From the NCBI GenBank assembly GCA_950097015.1, contig CATNEN010000034.1, positions 5,518,001-5,582,000 of the forward strand: a stretch of 64,000 nucleotides of DNA. Direction: 5' to 3'. How positions within the stretch are numbered: the first letter of the stretch is position 1; each line of letters opens with the position of its first letter. Below the pieces are notes generated by a model that had not been told where the DNA came from, ran no database searches, and was given only the letters and a program-made list of their open reading frames with translations. The translations under genes were made by a program, and so were the position numbers. Source of the stretch: Macrostomum hystrix (Eukaryota > Animalia > Platyhelminthes). Below, piece after piece: positions 26,686 to 39,114 of this stretch.

Positions 26686-27878
26686 GGTCTGTTGTAGTCT
26701 GTTGCAATCCATTTTGGTGTTTACATGGACCCTTATAAAATATGAAACCAGCAATGTTATTGATAAATGCTTGAATGCTGTCTCTAGGCTTGAGCTAAAG
26801 CTAGATAGGCTATACCTAATGCCTTGCAACTATAGCCTAGTGTCAACCAAGGCCCTAACTAACAGAAATATTTTATAGCTGTTTTATTGCTATCTCTATT
26901 GTTCTGATTCGTTTTTTTACCTCAGCCTTAACCTTAGGTTAGAACCTTAAAAAAAACAAAATAAATATTTTATTATTCAAAAGAATAAAAAAGCATTTTG
27001 AAATATTAATATAGTTATGAGCCTCCTAGTCCTTGCCACTGCCTACTGAATAAGCTGGGAAAATTTTGTCAAGCTGGCTAGGCCCTCCCTTGGCATAGAT
27101 TTTTTCTTAAAAGGCCTATTGTATTAAAAAAATTGCCCAATTAGGCCAGCTTTATGCAAAACTGCTATGCCTATTTACTCATACTCAGGGCTAACCTAAG
27201 CTAAGTGGACCACTATCTTTGCATATTTTTTGCACCATAACTTTCTTATGGCAATCTTGGCACTATTATTTGTGTTTAGTAAGTTTCATTATCAGTTTCA
27301 TTGTTTTTAGGGCCTATAGCTAAATATAATAAACACAAAAGTGCATTAATAAATTCTCACATTTTATTAATGTTATGACAGTATTTCATTGATTAAGAGC
27401 AAATAGTATTTTACATATTTACACTTTTATTTGTTTAAAAGAACTTGTATGTATTAATTATGTGTCAATTAGGATATCTAGTGATTTAAACAGTCCTAAT
27501 AAACTTTAATATTAAAAACTTAGTATTTAACTAAGTGATGTAGCTTTTTACAAATATACAATTATTAATTTAAAAACTTAAAAATTATAGTTGGTTGCAA
27601 ATAGCTTTCTTACCTAAACCTTTGTGCATACTAAGTTAGGAAGTTTTATTAACTTACTAGAAGAAATTGGGTTATAAAATTAATGAAATGAATTGTATTG
27701 CATGTTGAAGATTGTCACATTTATGTCATTCGACGCAGCAAAGAGTTATATAATATAATAGATGGATAAACACAGGTGAAAACCTGCTCTTATAAGGGCA
27801 CTGAGTTGTTTTCAGTATCGCTCCGGTAGCCTCGGTGCTAATCCATAATGATTTACTGCAAGGTGTTAATCGCTTCAG

Positions 27879-29903
27879 CCTCGCTCCAACCTGGCGAGCT
27901 GCAACGCTCAGTGTCAGCGGCCGTCTGCGGTGCCGGCCTCCTGTTTCGACAACGGCGGCATCGGCGGCGGTAGCAACGATGAACTCAACGGAGAACTGCG
28001 TGACTTCATCACCAGGTTAGACGAGACGCCAATCGTGTATGTAAGCAAGCCACCGAAGCTGCTGCGGGATCGCTACCTAGTTGACGAACTGCTGGGCGAA
28101 GGCTCCTACGGCAAGGTGAAGCTGTGCGTCGATAGGGAGACGGGCGACCGACTTGCTGTGAAGATTGTGACACTCCGGCTAGTCCGCAAGATTCCCCAGG
28201 GCTTGGAGACCGTTGAGCGCGAGGTTGCTGCCATGCGCCAACTGAAGCACGTCAACACTGTCCACCTGTACGCCGACTTCTCGGACGACAGCGGCCAAAA
28301 GCGCTACCTGGTGATGGAGTTCGCCGTCTGCAGCATCCACGACCTGCAGGCCAAAGGTGTGCCGCTGGATGCCGAGCACTTCCGCTGCCTGCCGGAGTCG
28401 CAGGCGCGTCACTACTTTGCACAGCTGCTAGACGGTGTCGAGTATCTTCACAGCCTGCGCATTGTGCACAAGGACCTCAAGCCCGGCAACTTGCTGCTAA
28501 CAGCCGAGCACATTGTCAAGATTACAGACTATGGCGTCTGTGAGCAGATTTCGCCTGGTGCTCAGGATGACACCATCACCGGAACCCAGGCAACGCCAGC
28601 AATTCAACCACCTGAGGCGAGGATTAATTGTTTATTGAAAAATTATATATAATTAGTAGTTGGTATATATAAATCTTGCGTGGCGTATCTAAAAAAGGCG
28701 TACACTCGTACAGACCATAGACTGGGCTTCGCCACTCCCTATACCTAGACTGGGGATGGGAGCCCCGCGCGCCCTAAGTTACTCCAGTTACTACTGTTAC
28801 TACAGTTACTGTTACTACAGTTACTACTGTTACCAATTTAACAGTCAATGTAGAATTAAGTGTCTTTTTTTCGGACAAAATTTTTCTAGTGGAGTCGTGA
28901 ATCGAACCCTCGACCTTCAATTCGTGAGTCCGACGCTCTTACCACACTATGCTACAACCCCCCTTTTAATATCCTATATGCCCAAATATCCATCCACAGC
29001 TGAATAATTATGTAGTAAATTACAAAACGAGGGATTTGAACTCAGGATCTCTCGGTTTGGAATCCAGAGCTAAAATTCAATGGACTATTTGCTTGATAAT
29101 GTGAAAAGAAGTGGACTCCAAACTCAAAACGTTTCCCATAGACCAAACCTACTATTAAAAGCGTGGTTTAGCATGCCGCCTGTAGGACAAAGGAGTAATT
29201 GACACTTTAATATGATAAGATTTGCCGCTAACACTCGAAGGTCGCTGACGGCAGCAAGCAGTTCTCCGGCTTCCGATTGGACGCTTATTGTGTTGGAGTT
29301 TGCTTATATTTCATGGTTTGCGGCCGGGTGCCCTACCGCGAGAAAAATGTGCTACTAATTTACGAACGCATAGCGGAGGGTCGCTACACCATCGAGGCCT
29401 GGGTTAGTGAGGCCTGCCAACAGCTCATTCGCGCCCTCATGGCCTACAAGGCGGCCGATAGGCCGGATCCGGCCGGAGCCAGGCAGTTCGACTGGCTCCG
29501 TTCGGCCAGCGCTGGCGCCGTTGTGCCTGAGCCGGACTGGGTTAGTCTAGAGACTGTCTGCGACGTCGAAGACGCCGCGGTCACCGTCGCTAGAATTCGT
29601 CAGGCTTTCGATGACCGATGGCAGAGCAGGTCGCAATACGAGACACACGGCCTCAGCATGACATCGGAGGCTGCGGAGTCTGCTGAGCGTCAGCACCAGG
29701 CCGTAGACGACATTCTGGCCACGGACGATGACGACGACGATGAGGCTGGCATCGACTTCCAGGCTGGTGGCGGTCCATCCAGCGCCTCCGAGCACAGCGG
29801 CGCCGCTGAATCGCCGCCAACTCCGCCGCCGCCGCCGCCTGCTCCGTCCGCGCCTCCGTCGGCCGGTGTCGGTCGCAAGAAGCGGCGATGCTGTCTGTCT
29901 TAG
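27879..29903 (+). CDS. STK11: LKB1/STK11 (PAR-4)-like Ser/Thr kinase; start codon not resolved
   Basis: Exons ~27879-28616 and 29241-29903. Motifs FITRLDETPIVY, LLGEGSYGKVK, HKDLKPGNLLL, QPPE|VADGSKQFSGF and a C-terminal polybasic CaaX (RKKRRCCLS*) parallel LKB1. The intron must be GC-AG. Confidence 0.82.
28886..28960 (-). mobile_element. Degenerate tRNA-like SINE head (family 3) in the kinase intron; second copy at 48231-48296
   Basis: The minus strand reads tagcatagtgtggtaagagcg...actcacga...ggttcgattcacgactcca (A and B boxes). The same actcacga...ggttcgattc.cgactcca occurs at 48231-48296. The stems are mismatched. Confidence 0.6.
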
Positions 29904-31698
29904 CGGCCTCTCCGCGCAGCACTAGATATAATGCGCACACAGCTAGGAGTCTCAGATGCGAGCTGTACGAGCGTATCTATTTTATCATCATCAATTCGTT
30001 TGTGTAAAATAGTGGGCGTATTGTGTTGCCCAATTGAAATATATTTTGTGTTTAAATAAAATTTTCTCACTACATCGCTTATTTACTAAGCTTTCGCTGT
30101 AGATCTTTCTGTAAATCAGTTTTATTTTGTAACAAATTGTTTTTTTAAGTTCAGTAAGGCAAAAGCACTCTAATTAGGACTAGCCATTTATTAAAAAAAA
30201 TAATCTAAAAAAGCATTGCGTGTCTCTTAGCCCACCAAATCCGCTGTGTGAGTCCCGATGTGTGCAATTTTTATCATGCAGTTTCGGATTTCTATTAGAA
30301 TATGTCTATTTTATACTGGATTACTAACTATTACATAGGCACTGTACGGCCTGCTATCCCGGTGACCATACCTTTTTACTTTCTCACTAACAAACAGATT
30401 AACACAGCTCATATATGTACTTATATAACTATTTACAAACACATTCATATATGAAGATTAATTTTTACGCACTAAAATACTTCTATAGAATAGTTTATAT
30501 AATCAGTAACATTCATTGTGTCTGCGAGATGTTGGTCTGTTTTTCTGTGTTTTTTAATCAAAGCAAATTATATTAACGATTTTGTTTCTTCTCTTTCTTT
30601 TTTTAAAGCTTTCGTTTTTGTGAATTATAAATTAACATAACTGTCGTTGGGACTTGATTAGTAAGTCTTACATATATAGGAGCTTATTTTTTTATTCTGA
30701 AAAGCTTTAATGAATTGGTTTCGCATTCCTGTCTAATCTAAAGTACTGTTTGCCTGTCCGGTAATTTAGTGTGTGTACATAAGTCATGTTAGCTGATTGG
30801 GATCTATTTTTAACTATTGACCTATTGTTTTATCATGCTTTTGCTCTTCACACTTTCCTGTTGTCCTCATGTAACGCTTATGCCTGCCTACTGTCGCTAC
30901 TATGATATTAGTAGTATATTTCGATTTTTATACGTTTAATAAGGTATGAAATGTTAATAGTATAGTATAATTCAAATTTCCAAAACATATATTTTTACCT
31001 GTGTCTCAAGATGTATAATTAGCTCTAGCAATTAGTTGTATTTAAATTTAATCAACAGCTAATTATCTAATATAATCCTGAATTAAATTACTTTGAAGTG
31101 GTAATAATATTGAAATATATATCAATTGCGTTTTCAACATTATGCTTAATGTCTAAACAAGCAAGTCATAGTTTTAATTTAAGAGATGAAAGGTAGTATT
31201 GCAACGAATTGCAGGGACTTAACCTCAGAGCCGCTTTATTCACGCAATGTTATTTTATTTCTTCAATAGTTTTATTCCTTAGCATACATAAACCTTATTT
31301 AACCTTCTCTGAAGCGTTTGTTTTATGTAACGGATGAGCACTGAAAAATTGTGTATTTATTTCTTAAAAAACTGACCGCTTCGCGATTATACGAGTTTAG
31401 TATTGTTTTTTTAGGCAAGCATGTCTACTGTTGTGTGTGATTAGTTATTATGGTTAATCACTGCTGTATCAATGCCTGTTGATTCTTTTTGTCTGTCTAG
31501 TTTTTCGCGAAGCAAGTTAACTATATTAACATGCATTGTTAGCGTTAAAACTGTAATAAAACAGCAACTAATGTAGCTTTATTTTTGTGAAAAAATTGCT
31601 CGAAATATTATAAATACCACTATACCTTGGTGTGATCTTTCGAAATTGCTTCGTTTAAATCTTTCTGTGTCTTGATTTTTGTTCATTGTCGGGACCAA

Positions 31699-32339
31699 AG
31701 CTGGGCTGGGGTGTCAGTTGGTTCAGTGACAGCTGGGTGGGGTGCCATCTGGTTAGTGACAGCTGGGGTGGGGTGTCAGTTGGTTCAGTGACAGCTGGGT
31801 GGGGTGCCATCTGGTTAGTGACAGCTGGGGTGGGGTGTCAGTTGGTTCAGTGACAGCTGGGTGGGGTGCCATCTGGTTAGTGACAGCTGGGGTGGGGTGC
31901 CATCTGGTTTAGTGACAGCTGGGGTGGGGTGCCATCTGGTTTAGTGACAGCTGGGGTGGGGTGCCATCTGGTTCAGTGACAGCTGGGGTGGGGTGCCATC
32001 TGGTTCAGTGACAGCTGGGGTGGGGTGCCATCTGGTTCAGTGACAGCTGGGGTGGGGTGCCATCTGGTTCAGTGACAGCTGGGTGGGGTGCCATCTGGTT
32101 AGTGACAGCTGGGGTGGGGTGTCAGTTGGTTCAGTGACAGCTGGGGTGGTGTGCCATCTGGTTTGTGACAGCTGGGGTGGTGTGCCATCTGGTTTGTGAC
32201 AGCTGGGGTGGGGTGTCAGTTGGTTCAGTGACAGCTGGGGTGGGGTGCCATCTGGTTCATTGACAGCTGGGGTGGTGTGCCATCTGGTTCAGTGACAGCT
32301 GGGGTGGGGTGCCATCTGGTTCATTGACAGGTGGGGTGG
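31699..32339. repeat. G-rich 31-32 bp minisatellite (~20 copies)
   Basis: Unit is approximately cagctggggtggggtgccatctggttcagtga. Confidence 0.95.
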
Positions 32340-32559
32340 AAATAAATATACTTCCTTTTTGCACTGAAATCGACTAAAGAAAGTTTTATTGTGTTTGGTT
32401 TTGTACGGCATGCATTTGATGGCTGTGCGCCTTTGAGATTTTTAATACAGGTCTTTTTTCACGCTTTAAGACTAGTGTTATCAAGGATGCCCCCTATCTC
32501 CACTGCTATTCTCCCTATACATCGTCCCGCTAAGCACAATTCTAAAAAACTCATTTCAA

Positions 32560-34040
32560 AGCCATACCTCCATATTGAATTAAGAAGTAAACAACTTGCT
32601 TTGTTGTGACGATTTGGTCATTTTTGGTGAAGACCTGACAGAATTACAAAAAGGCCTCGACAAAGTAGCAGATTTTTGCAATACTCATAAATTAGAAATA
32701 AACACTGAGAAGACAGCTTCTGAGCTGCAATGTCCACTCAAGGGCAACACATAGACTGTTTTACATGGTCAACTGGTTGAACCCGTACAGCAGTGGAAAT
32801 ATCTTGGGTTTCACATGAACGTGAAGGGTACAATAGATACTCATGCCATAGAACTAGGTAAAAAGTGGATATCCAATAATGCTTCTGAGAAAGTTGGCGG
32901 GATTTCAGAGAGTGAAACACAAATAGCTCATCTTGTTTAGCGCAACTATGATTGAAAGCATAGTTCTCTATGCATCAGAGGCCTGGTGAGCTTTTGGCTC
33001 CAGGAAATCGGGTACTTGGGATCGGAACCTTATGGAGAGAATTAATTTTAGAATCTGCAAGTTGATTCTGCAAGTTAGTCCAAACACTGACAGCAATGGT
33101 GCTCGGTCCGAATTAGGAAGACTACCAGTATTCAAAAAGAAGCCTTCAATACTGGTCCTCAGTTCGGAGCCGACCAGACTCCATCATCGCGAAATTGGTG
33201 GCAGATACAGAATACAGCGATGTTGGAATTGGGGAAAAATGAGCAGTGAAGTAATGCGGAATTGTCAACAGACTAGAAAAACAAAGTCCATCAAAACGCA
33301 CAGGGAGAACTTTGAGTCAGAGTTTCGAAGGCACTGGACTCAGGGGATGGGAAAATCAGCCAAGCTCAGCCACTTCTATTACACGTTTAAGAAAGATTTC
33401 TCCCGAGAAAAGTACCTAACAATAATCTCTAACCCAGAACAAAGGCGCACAATGTCCCGATTTCGTCTAGGAAACCACAAACTGGCCTGTTAGACATTGC
33501 GCACTGTGAGACCGAAAATCGCCTATGAAAACAGAACATGTCCAAAATGTAGAGTCGAGGTAGAGAACGAAACTCATATTCTCCTTAGATGCGATTGGTC
33601 CGTTTATGTTCCAATTAGAAATAAATTCATAGAGAAAGTGGCAGGTACTGCTCGAAATTTCGAAAGCCTAACAGCTGATGACAAAATGGTGTATTTAATG
33701 ACACAGGAAAGCACAGAATTAACAGAAAGTTTTGTGGACTTCATAGAAAGCATAATTAAAGCTAGATAAAAAAGCCACTGCCCTGAGGCCCATAGTTAGA
33801 ATGCAAAAACACAATAGTATTCTCCTTTCGGGAGCGAAGTGATATTAGTCAGTTTTAATTTTCTCTTCAAATTTCAATATTTCATTTTTTGTTTTAATGC
33901 CTTTGTTTATTTCAAAAATTTGTTTTTTTGTCATATATTTTATTCACCTAAAATTAATCTTATGCATGCTACTGTTTTCCTATCGCTTTCTTTTTAAAAA
34001 ATCGAATTGTTCAGCCTCAAACATCAAATAAACAAAAAAA
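32560..34040 (+). mobile_element. 5'-truncated, degenerate non-LTR retrotransposon (CR1/L2/Crack-like RT C-terminal half)
   Basis: NNLLCCDDLVIF at 32590 is a degenerate YADD. Further motifs are EINTEKT, YLG, LYASEAW, ELGRLP, SRFRLGNHKL and the zinc knuckle CPKC...ETHILLRC. There are several frameshifts and stops. An AATAAA plus A-run lies near 34028; boundaries are approximate. Confidence 0.85.
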
Positions 34041-34679
34041 TCAGCACCCAATCGGCGTGCGCACCTCAATAATAATAATAATAATAATAATAACTTATAG
34101 TATTGAGTTGAGTATTAATGTTTTCACTGATTACTTAAATTAGGAATCCTCCGCAAGCTTGCCACTGCTACATTATTTAAAAAACTATCAGAGTAACGAT
34201 GAATCCCCGCTAAGATTTATGGCGGGTGCATTTCAGCGACTTATTTTTGCCGACTTATGTCCATGCCGCGCGGCATCAATGCGAGCGGCAAGCATAGCAG
34301 CTCGTATGGGTACATCTGCTTACCTTCGTGCGCGCATTGTCGATGCCTGAGAAGCGACATGCTAATAGCGTTCTTGCGCTACTGACTTCGCAGCTAACAC
34401 AGACGTCTGGTTCCAGTCTGTATTAGCTTTTTCAGCCGCTGTTTCTGTTCTGTACCAATGCACAAGAAATAAGTTGCTGAAGCCGCTCGGTAACTTTTTT
34501 CGGGCTGGGCGCAGTCTGACTGCAGCCTGACAGCACCCACTAAGAGCTGCCGGGCCCCTCCTTCCCCCCAAGCACTAAAGGCCACCAGCGGCATTGGGGC
34601 CAATGACGGACGGCCTTCGCGATCTAAACTTGGCGCCAGCAATTCTCGTTTTTTCCTTAGTAGACGCCAACCCCGTCCG

Positions 34680-34688
34680 TATTTAAAG
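34680..34688 (+). promoter_or_regulatory. TATA-like box upstream of secreted protein A
   Basis: tatttaaag lies ~80 bp before ATG 34761 in otherwise GC-rich DNA; paralog B has a box at a similar spacing. Confidence 0.4.
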
Positions 34689-34760
34689 CGCGCGAGGAGG
34701 CCCGATTGTAGTACAGTCGATAGTGTTTGCTTCACAACAGCGATTCACCCGGACAATCCA

Positions 34761-36305
34761 ATGATACCGTCACGGCTGTGTCTGCTCTGCCTCTGCCTCG
34801 GGCACCTAGGTGTACAGGCCACGTCAGTGCACGAGGTAGCAATCTCGGTGCGAAGCGTGAAGTCTATTGTCTACCGAGGCATGCAAGTCTCAATCTTTGA
34901 GCACATTGAAATGCCTCGCCGCTACTTTTTTCAACCGCTTGGCTTTCTCGACGCCGTCTCAGCTCGACTTGTTGACAACGCTGATCTGAAAGCCACCGAG
35001 CTCAACTTCGACGTCTACCTGTGGACCGATGAGTTCATTCAACTGGTCAAGAGCCATTTCGCTGAGCCAAACTCTGTGGAGCTTCTGCCCCTAACTGAGA
35101 TAAGTTTGGCGTGGTCGAACCACGCTTCCAGTAGGCTCGGTGCTGGCTTCAATCGCACTTACCGCCTGCTTGATGAATGGAAGGACAGCGACAAGCCTCA
35201 CATGCGGAACACATTCTCCATCTTGTGTGGCAGACGGGACGCGTGCGATCGGCTGCTTATGAAGTTCAATCAGAGCAATGACTTGTTCAATCTAAGGTAC
35301 AAGATCCAGTGTGACAATACACAAAATCATACTATAACCGTGAGCGATTCCCACTTCAAGAATTCGCCCACCTTCGAGAATATGGATAAGTTCGGCTTGC
35401 TGCACGGAAGCAGCACGGTCATTATATCGGAAAAATCTGTAGACGAATTAGTCGACCAAGTGTACACAGCCGCACTGGTTGAGCTACAAAGTAAGATCGG
35501 GCAGCAACTAGCATCTGTTGATAGCCAATCTCGGCAAGCCGTCCTAACCGACCTGCATCATCGTCTTCGCTCCGAACAAGTGCACTCGCTGAGCGACAGT
35601 GTTTGGAAAACAAAAGTCTACTGGCCCGAGCGCCCGGGAAGCATTAGACCAGACAAACTGGCTGTCATTTTCAACAAACTTTTCAAGCAGGCTACCGAGC
35701 TTCCTCTCAAGGTGACGCTTCCCAACTCTTATTTATTGGCCTCAGCCGGAGAATCAATGCTGCCAGTGGACTTTGAGAAGCTCGGAAAATTTGTAAATCT
35801 TTACAGTGGCCAGGGCAAGGGCTCGGAGCCGCCAGTCGCGTCAGTTGATGATGTTCGGAAACTGGCAAAAGAACTAGGCAGCGACTCCGTTTGGAATGTC
35901 GAGAAGGGGCAATTTGCCCCGCCTTCAACTCTCACTTTCTTCAGCATCGACCTGCAGTCGATTCTCCGCCGCGGCATATTTCTGATGCGCGATTTGACAG
36001 TGCATTTCAAGGTGTCCCAGCACATGGACCCCGTGCACCTGCTGCCCAAGGACACGGAGTTCCAGAGCTCGCTATGGCAGCGCCACTTCGCTGGCTCATT
36101 CTGCATCCTGGCTAATCGGGGTGAGCCGCCGGGCATGCAGTGCCGCGTCCTCTCCTACCGGCTGCCAAGCACGTCATTGCAGCGCGAAAGCCGCATTAGA
36201 TACAACGGCGGCCACATTGGGCAGAACCACTTTTATCAGGTAAATCCTGATGAGTTCAGCTTCAGCGTCAAGATTTGCTGCACGAAAGATCTGGAGACTC
36301 CGTGA
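34761..36305 (+). CDS. Intronless secreted protein of unknown family, paralog A (514 aa)
   Basis: Long ORF with a signal peptide MIPSRLCLLCLCLGHLGVQA|T. It aligns with the 39115-40962 ORF outside that ORF's 99-aa insert, with many synonymous differences. Confidence 0.9.
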   Translation: MIPSRLCLLCLCLGHLGVQATSVHEVAISVRSVKSIVYRGMQVSIFEHIEMPRRYFFQPLGFLDAVSARLVDNADLKATELNFDVYLWTDEFIQLVKSHFAEPNSVELLPLTEISLAWSNHASSRLGAGFNRTYRLLDEWKDSDKPHMRNTFSILCGRRDACDRLLMKFNQSNDLFNLRYKIQCDNTQNHTITVSDSHFKNSPTFENMDKFGLLHGSSTVIISEKSVDELVDQVYTAALVELQSKIGQQLASVDSQSRQAVLTDLHHRLRSEQVHSLSDSVWKTKVYWPERPGSIRPDKLAVIFNKLFKQATELPLKVTLPNSYLLASAGESMLPVDFEKLGKFVNLYSGQGKGSEPPVASVDDVRKLAKELGSDSVWNVEKGQFAPPSTLTFFSIDLQSILRRGIFLMRDLTVHFKVSQHMDPVHLLPKDTEFQSSLWQRHFAGSFCILANRGEPPGMQCRVLSYRLPSTSLQRESRIRYNGGHIGQNHFYQVNPDEFSFSVKICCTKDLETP

Positions 36306-39042
36306 TTTACTCATGATAACTGAAGACTAAATTTGGTTGGCTGAAAATTGTCGTCGACTGAACTGATCCGTTTTTAACTAGGCAGCGATCTTCGCAAGAC
36401 ATGCTCTTAAAATTGATCGCCCAGCTCTCTTTAGTGCTTATGCACTTGGCCCTCGTCTGCCTCAATTTTTATGTAAAACTCTGGCAAAGTTTGCATCATT
36501 TTTTTTCGAAAGCTTTGCTTCGCTTATGTGCAAACGGACATTTTCACCTTTAAAGGAGCCGTGTGTGTCTGTTTTTGTTTTTTGGCAGTTCATTAAGCTC
36601 CGTTAGTTATCAGCATATTATTTGTTTTTATCTTCAAAAGCCATATTTACTCGTAAACTTCATTATTTTCATTTCGGAGCAGTTGGCTGTATTGGTGTCC
36701 CAGATATAAAAACTTGCATATTGGCATTGGCTTGTGGCTAAGTTTCGAAATTATAATATTTGCGCAATACTTGTTTTGCTACCAATGCATCGATAGCTCG
36801 ACTGTTGTGTGAGAAATAATGATGGGTTTATAATTTTTTAGTTCGCAAAGAAATCTTTGCCTTCTAAAATGTTTTTCTACAATGAACATTCTACGCATTT
36901 TTATGCATCATCATGTAGCTGTTGTTTCACAGCAATGCGATTAATGAGAGCTCGCCTGTCAGATTTGGATTATTGCGCAAGCAGCGATAAGCGCGCATTA
37001 TTGCCAGCCAGACTTGTTGCTGGCCCCATTAAGCAGCAGTGTTTGAAGTCAGCAAATGCAAATTGATGCAAAACGGCTGCTGCCTTCAGAAGGCAAGATT
37101 TAGGACCGATAGATAACGAAAAAGCAAAATTCACATCTAACATACATCACGCGGGAAAGCGTCAGAAAGTCGTGAATGTTTTTAGTTGTAAACACTGAGA
37201 GAATTGTAGGCTCTCGACCATCCTAATATAAGTTATGAATTGGCACTCTCTAGGAGTGCAACCGATGCTAAAGCAAGTTTTATTCTTTTCCTTCCACGGA
37301 CTAGACGAGGCTTATCGTGATAAAGCAACGCTTCCTTCCTATCAAAAGTGCATGTCTGGGCTCGTATGGAAAAGCAGACGGTCAACTGTCACTCAATCGT
37401 CATAATTTGCCCTAACCATTTCTTCCCATCACTTTCCTGATCATTATGGGTTGTTCTGTCACGTGCTAGGCGCTTCCAGACCCCCGTGGGTTTGCGAGCT
37501 GCGCATTGCTGTTGATTGGCAGTCGAGCATTCCTAGATGATGAAAGACTGACAGTTAAAATTTTTGTTTCCAAAAAAATCCCTTTGATCCTTTTAGCTTT
37601 AACCTGCTCCAGAGGTGCCAAACATTCGGTCTGCGTCACTCCTGATGCTTGCGGTGATCAGAGGCACAATGGCCCACTTGTTTATTGAAATGCGCCATGT
37701 TTACATAGGTGCATTCGTGTACCGTTCAGCCCATTCTCGTGACCTCATTATCCGTCATACTGCTTGTCCATCTGCCAGACATTGCTGCTACGGCAAAATT
37801 TAAGTGCGCTGTTAAGATTCTTCCGGGAAATTCGGCAGATCATAAAAATAAATCACGCTCCTGTGTCTATGGTGAGTTATTATTGAGAACTCGTTTGTAA
37901 AGCGACATTTTCCAGCGAATGTCGACTATTTTACACTATCGCTTGCCAATAAAAGTCGCGTCTCGCTTTTAAAAGCGGCTTCATCCAACAAACTGTCCCC
38001 AACAAAAACTGCACTGGCCTCAGTACTAACTTGAGGTCCATAAAAATATTAAAATGTCATTAGTCTGAAAGGTGACTGTCTGTGAGGGGGTATTTCTGGG
38101 CTAAGCATTCAAATCAGTGCAGTCTGTGGATCTCTGCTGCATATCAAACTCGCTGCGAGAGGTCCCAGGGCCAGCAGTTCTATGCGGAACAGTTTCATAA
38201 ATAAAAAGCAAATTGCCTGCCTTCCTTCGAGTGCGCTTAATCATTCGCGAGTTTCAACAGAATATGGTGCATCACATGACGCTCCCCCAGTTCCGATGCT
38301 GTTATTGATGCGAAGGAAAACTTTTCAGACACTTGCTGGTCCCTCGATCGAGTGGCTGCCATGAATATCATGCGGAACTTTGCAAACACCAGAGAAAATT
38401 CCCGAGGCCCTCTCTCTTTGCACTCTCTCAACCCAAGCAGACGCGGACGGGTGGCGTCATTAACAACAAGAAAAAGGGAACTTGGCCGGATCGTAAATGC
38501 AAACGAATCCGCCGGGACCACCCGGCGGAGTGAAGCTGAGCGGAAAGACTGAGACAGACATTGTTATTGGCGCTGGCGCCTCCCACCGAGATGAATATTG
38601 TGAAAGCTAGAATCGCGGGCACCATGCATTTCGACACCCGGATACCGGCCACAATTTCTCTTCAGCCCCAATCCGGCCAGACAAGACTAAACCAGCTTTC
38701 AGTCAGCCAGTCTTCCCATTCTCCCCGCTGTGCACCGCGGGCCCCCAGATCCCGCATATGGGAGCTGGCGTCTGGCGTCAATTAAACATTCCCCGGTTCT
38801 TCTATATTCCAACTCTAAGCAATTGAAACCAAGTGCGCCTATCCTAGAAACTCGTGAAATTCCAACACTTCAGCTTCGACCAAGGCTCGCGCAACCATAG
38901 GAGGGTGTTATACAAGGAGCCACTCGTGATGAATTCCACACACAGCCATGCAGGCAACTATGTAAGTTGCTAATCACGTGATCCTGGCATAACAACCCGG
39001 ACAATCTTCAAGGCATTCCACGCAACACACCCGAGACCGATG

Positions 39043-39050
39043 TATATAAG
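39043..39050 (+). promoter_or_regulatory. TATA box upstream of secreted protein B
   Basis: tatataag lies ~70 bp before ATG 39115. Confidence 0.45.
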
Positions 39051-39114
39051 CAGCTGGCTTGAAGAAGAGAGAGGCAGGCCTTTTGCATAGAGCCCACAAT
39101 TCCAAGAAAAAGTC

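Noticed and set aside
28886-28960. Functional tRNA gene (also 42784, 48231, 56651)
   Set aside because: A/B boxes are present, but the D, anticodon and T stems are mismatched. The 42784 and 56651 heads continue into SINE bodies with TSDs; 28886 and 48231 are matching degenerate copies.
34068-34093. (TAA)n tract as evidence that this LINE mobilises SINE family 1
   Set aside because: The SINE tail is (ATT)n on its sense strand and this tract is (AAT)n on the LINE sense strand, so they differ. I saw no shared 3' sequence.
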